A DNA stretch of 64,000 nt from Phoronis australis (taxonomy: Eukaryota > Animalia > Phoronida), in contig NMRA01000972.1 in assembly GCA_002633005.1 (NCBI GenBank), positions 18,901-82,900 of the forward strand, read 5' to 3'. The position numbers and the translations under genes are program-made. The notes under the pieces were generated by a model. That model did not search any database. It had not been told where the DNA came from and saw only the letters and a list, made by a program, of their open reading frames with translations. Below, one piece after another: positions 60,429 through 64,000 of this stretch; positions within the stretch are counted from its first letter, which is position 1; every line of letters begins with the position of its first letter.

Positions 60429-63400
60429 AACAAAGTAATTTCCATATCTAAACTTGTTATACAGGGTGTCAGTATGTACTCTGGATTTCAAAAAACCATT
60501 CACTTCCTTTTAGATACCAAGGAACTTCGGTATATTTTGTGGGATTTAGTGATTTCCATTTTTGGTAGTAATTGGGAATCAAGCGTACCTTTTACACTCA
60601 AACCAAACTCGTCGTGATGAAGTGGTGAATCACTTATTAAATCATCCATTTTTAGTCTTTCATTTTCTGACTACCGTTTTTCTAAACCTCGTCCTCTCAC
60701 TGTGAGACAAAACTTCCTTAGATATAAATGGAACTTTCATCAAGTTCCCGTTGATCTTAAAACACGTATGAAATTTTTCCATTCTCCTAAATTCTTGGAA
60801 ATTAGAAACGAGAAACAGATATTAGATTTACCCTTTAAGTAGTTTATTAACCATTTTAGCAAGTGTTTCTCCTGTCAGAACCATAAAACTGTCCTGCGTC
60901 ATTCATATTTTGTGACCTGGAAGGCATTTAATTCAAATAGTTGCACGCAATCTGACTGACACGCGTAATTCTAGTTTGTCAAATTTCTCAACAAAACAAG
61001 AGCTACGAAGAACCTAAATCGTTAATACTACAACTCCATTTCATTTCTAATGTAAAGTATCGTGGTTATAGGTGCTAGACCATTAGTGTATGATATTGAC
61101 TCAACAGTGTTTGTTTAATCTACTATTTACTTCTATATTTAATTCTAACATAAAAAATTTGTATTGTTCAACTCCATGGTGTTGTGCACTGAGGCGGCGT
61201 TCGGCACTTGGGGGTTGTTGTTTTATTGCACTCTACACATATTGTATTGTAAACGTAAAACAGTTGGTGTTTTACAACATTAACTAACTTATCAAAATTG
61301 AATATGACTTTTATTCCAAGTAGCAGATTATTCAATTTGGAAAATGTTAATCATTTTAAAATATAAGTCGATGCCAGAATTATGCTAATTGTTTCATAAT
61401 CCGAGAACTAGAGCAAATCCGCAAGATTAGTTTCTCAAAAACGAAATGACATGTGCTTGAGAAACAAGCTCCATTACCTAGTTTTTGAAAAATACCAGCA
61501 AGACAAGATCAAATTTTTATGCAAGTTACCTTTAAAAACTACTTACATGCGCCATTCGGATACCACGATTTATTTCCGTCCCTTGATTACAGTTGTACCT
61601 CTGTGCTGCGAGACTGGTCCACTTCCTTATATGCACTGTGGGACAGGAGTGTTTTGTTGACTTACCATGGCGATAACAATCCTTACTCCTAGTTGGAGCT
61701 TCGTTATTGTACGTAGCCAAGGATGTGTGGACCACGTGTTTCGCTCGCAATGCATGGCGATATCTCGCGTGGTCTTGCGTGTTCTTGTGTATTCTTTTCC
61801 CTACTTTGTCAATACATTGTCAAGGGCCAAGAATTGATTAGTTCTAATGTTTGAATATTATAAGGGTTTTAAAAGCCAAGTTTTTAAAATATGTATGTCC
61901 TTTAAGTTTACTGAAAATCACATCAGAATATTATTCAGAAATGAAACTGGTTCTTGCTTGACTATTTATTCAGCAACGTTGATAATAGATACGACAGTTC
62001 GTGTTTTATGACTAATTTAAAGCAATGTATTGATATACCGAAAGCATGCATTACTCAATGAACGAATTGATAACAGCGCGTCATCCGCTCAATTGTGAAC
62101 AAGACCGCTGAGGCGTGAACGCACACCACGAAAATATTCTTTTATTTCATGAATTTGGTGGACTATCAATAATAAAATGACCAACGTTGGGGTAATACAG
62201 GAGGCGAAATAAATTTGAATCGAAATAGAACAGATTATATGTTGTTAGACTTTGCATGAAAACACTTTCAGAATTTGATATCACAATTCGGAATCAGTAA
62301 GCCAACGAATTTAAGGTCATATTTGAACATTAGTAAATTTTCACCGAACACTAATATGAAAATGCTAAGTGTTCGTCGCCAATGTGTAAGAAGGATAGCT
62401 GTTGCCATCGCACAGACGCAAGCACGAACACGCGCACGCACGCATTCACTCCCACTAGCGCACGCACAAAAACACTAACATCTACGCAAGGCAAAAGATA
62501 GCATATGTATGTAACATAAGGCTGCCTTTGCTGAGTCGTCAAATTGAATAATTCCTTCAATGAGTTTTTGATGCCTTATACACCAAAACTGTCGATTTCT
62601 GAAACTCCCGAACCAGGCGATCATAGCCTCACATACGTTTACTATCATCTTAGTACCATTTAGGCTTAGTTGCTAGGTACAGCTAATGTAAGGCATCTTA
62701 TTTCTGTACTTATGCCTAAACAACAAAGCAATGTTTCACTGTTCGATACTAATACTTAATATAAGAATAACGAAATCAATAAAAAATGTCATTGAGATTA
62801 ATTGCCACTGGAACCAACAACTATTTCGCAACAATGTATCGGTTGATTGTTTATTGTGAAACTTATGCAAATAAGAAAGTTTCTGAAGTTTACATTGTGA
62901 CCAATTCCCACACTTACTCGCAGTTCGATATTTATACGTAATAATGCGGATATCGAACTGCCCGTTAACATGCACCCACCAGTTTTTGAAAGTTTGTCCA
63001 AGTCACCTATTAGGAAATGCATTTACGTGCTACATTACATGGACCGATGCCAAGGGTGACATCAGCCATTGCTCTCCCGAGATCCATTTAATCTGATACA
63101 CCCGAGGTTTCCGTTTATATTTGTTTTACTGTACCACCACTCATGGCTCTTTCCTCTGATTTTTCTCTACCGAGTTCTTGATATACTACCATCATTTACT
63201 CGCTTTGTTATCGGGGATTTAAAGTTCCAGCCCTCTGATTGGTCAGCTAGTGATGGGTTGGTTTAATTTGGCTCTGAAATTACAGTGCTGTATGAAGCGG
63301 TGAGCTGGAAGAACATCTTTAAAATTTACAGGTGTATTAGAGCAAGTATTTCCCCGAGATTTAGGCATAATTGAAAATACAGACAGTGACACATGTAGAA

Positions 63401-63489
63401 GGGAGATGAAATTAAATTTAGTTAGAAGTCATTGCCAACTAGGTGTGCTGTATTCACCCTTTGGTGTTCGTTCGGGGAATTTTGCAAAA

Positions 63490-63543
63490 AGAGAGTGAGT
63501 GTGAGAGAGGGAGTGGGAGAGAGAAAGAGAGAGGGAGGGAGAG
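63490..63543 (+). repeat. Degenerate (GA)n tract
   Basis: Purine-rich GAGAG run. Confidence 0.8.
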
Positions 63544-64000
63544 CTGAATAAAGACAAAACTCGAATTAGGTCTTATACTCTCATAAAATCGATCTCATGA
63601 TATTCCGTACTGTGACACGATTCCATTTTGTTTACATACCCTATTTTCGACTCTAATAAACTTTGAAAGAATTTTATTGAGTCGCTGATGGTTTTGGCAT
63701 TCTTACTGGAAGCGGAAATGAAATACTATTGAAGACAGTCATGAGACCCATTTTCGTTTTTTACCAAGCTAAACGGTGCCCGTGTTTGCAATGGGATAGT
63801 TGCTGAGTGGATTATACTCAGATCACACGGCTATACTTTGTCAGCAGGAGAGGTACTGTAGAAACTACACGTACACAAACTACGTAGTTCACCAGTTCTT
63901 TAACAAAACATTATGAACTCTTGTAGACGAATTTTATATAAATGAAAAGCTCCACTATTTCACATAACCCCTCGCAAGAGATGTGGGAATTAACTATCAT

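Overview
Eukaryotic, AT-rich animal genomic DNA (most likely a marine invertebrate; the taxon cannot be fixed from this window), with four large assembly gaps. I reconstructed three minus-strand protein-coding genes by hand. (1) A 9-exon CIBAR1/FAM92 BAR-domain ciliary gene (14767-23153, about 311 aa). (2) An ANKUB1 orthologue with an intronless CDS (30090-32288, 732 aa). (3) A secreted, probably GPI-anchored cysteine-rich EB-module-like protein (44117-60428) that the ORF track mostly misses; its introns appear to hold decayed duplicate exons. The rest is a dense patchwork of non-autonomous DNA transposons, including a Kolobok-type element with a THAP remnant, hAT- and Harbinger-like MITEs, Helentron/HINE-like elements with CTCF-like motifs, an unclassified 2.6-kb TIR element with an iterated 15-nt motif and a Penelope-like remnant, plus microsatellites. 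I found no rRNA, tRNA or CRISPR array and no clear-cut novel system. The best leads are the EB/GPI gene with its exon turnover, the RFX-like motifs and CTCF-like arrays around the CIBAR1-ANKUB1 pair, and the unclassified TIR element. Family assignments come from recalled sequences and motifs, not database searches.
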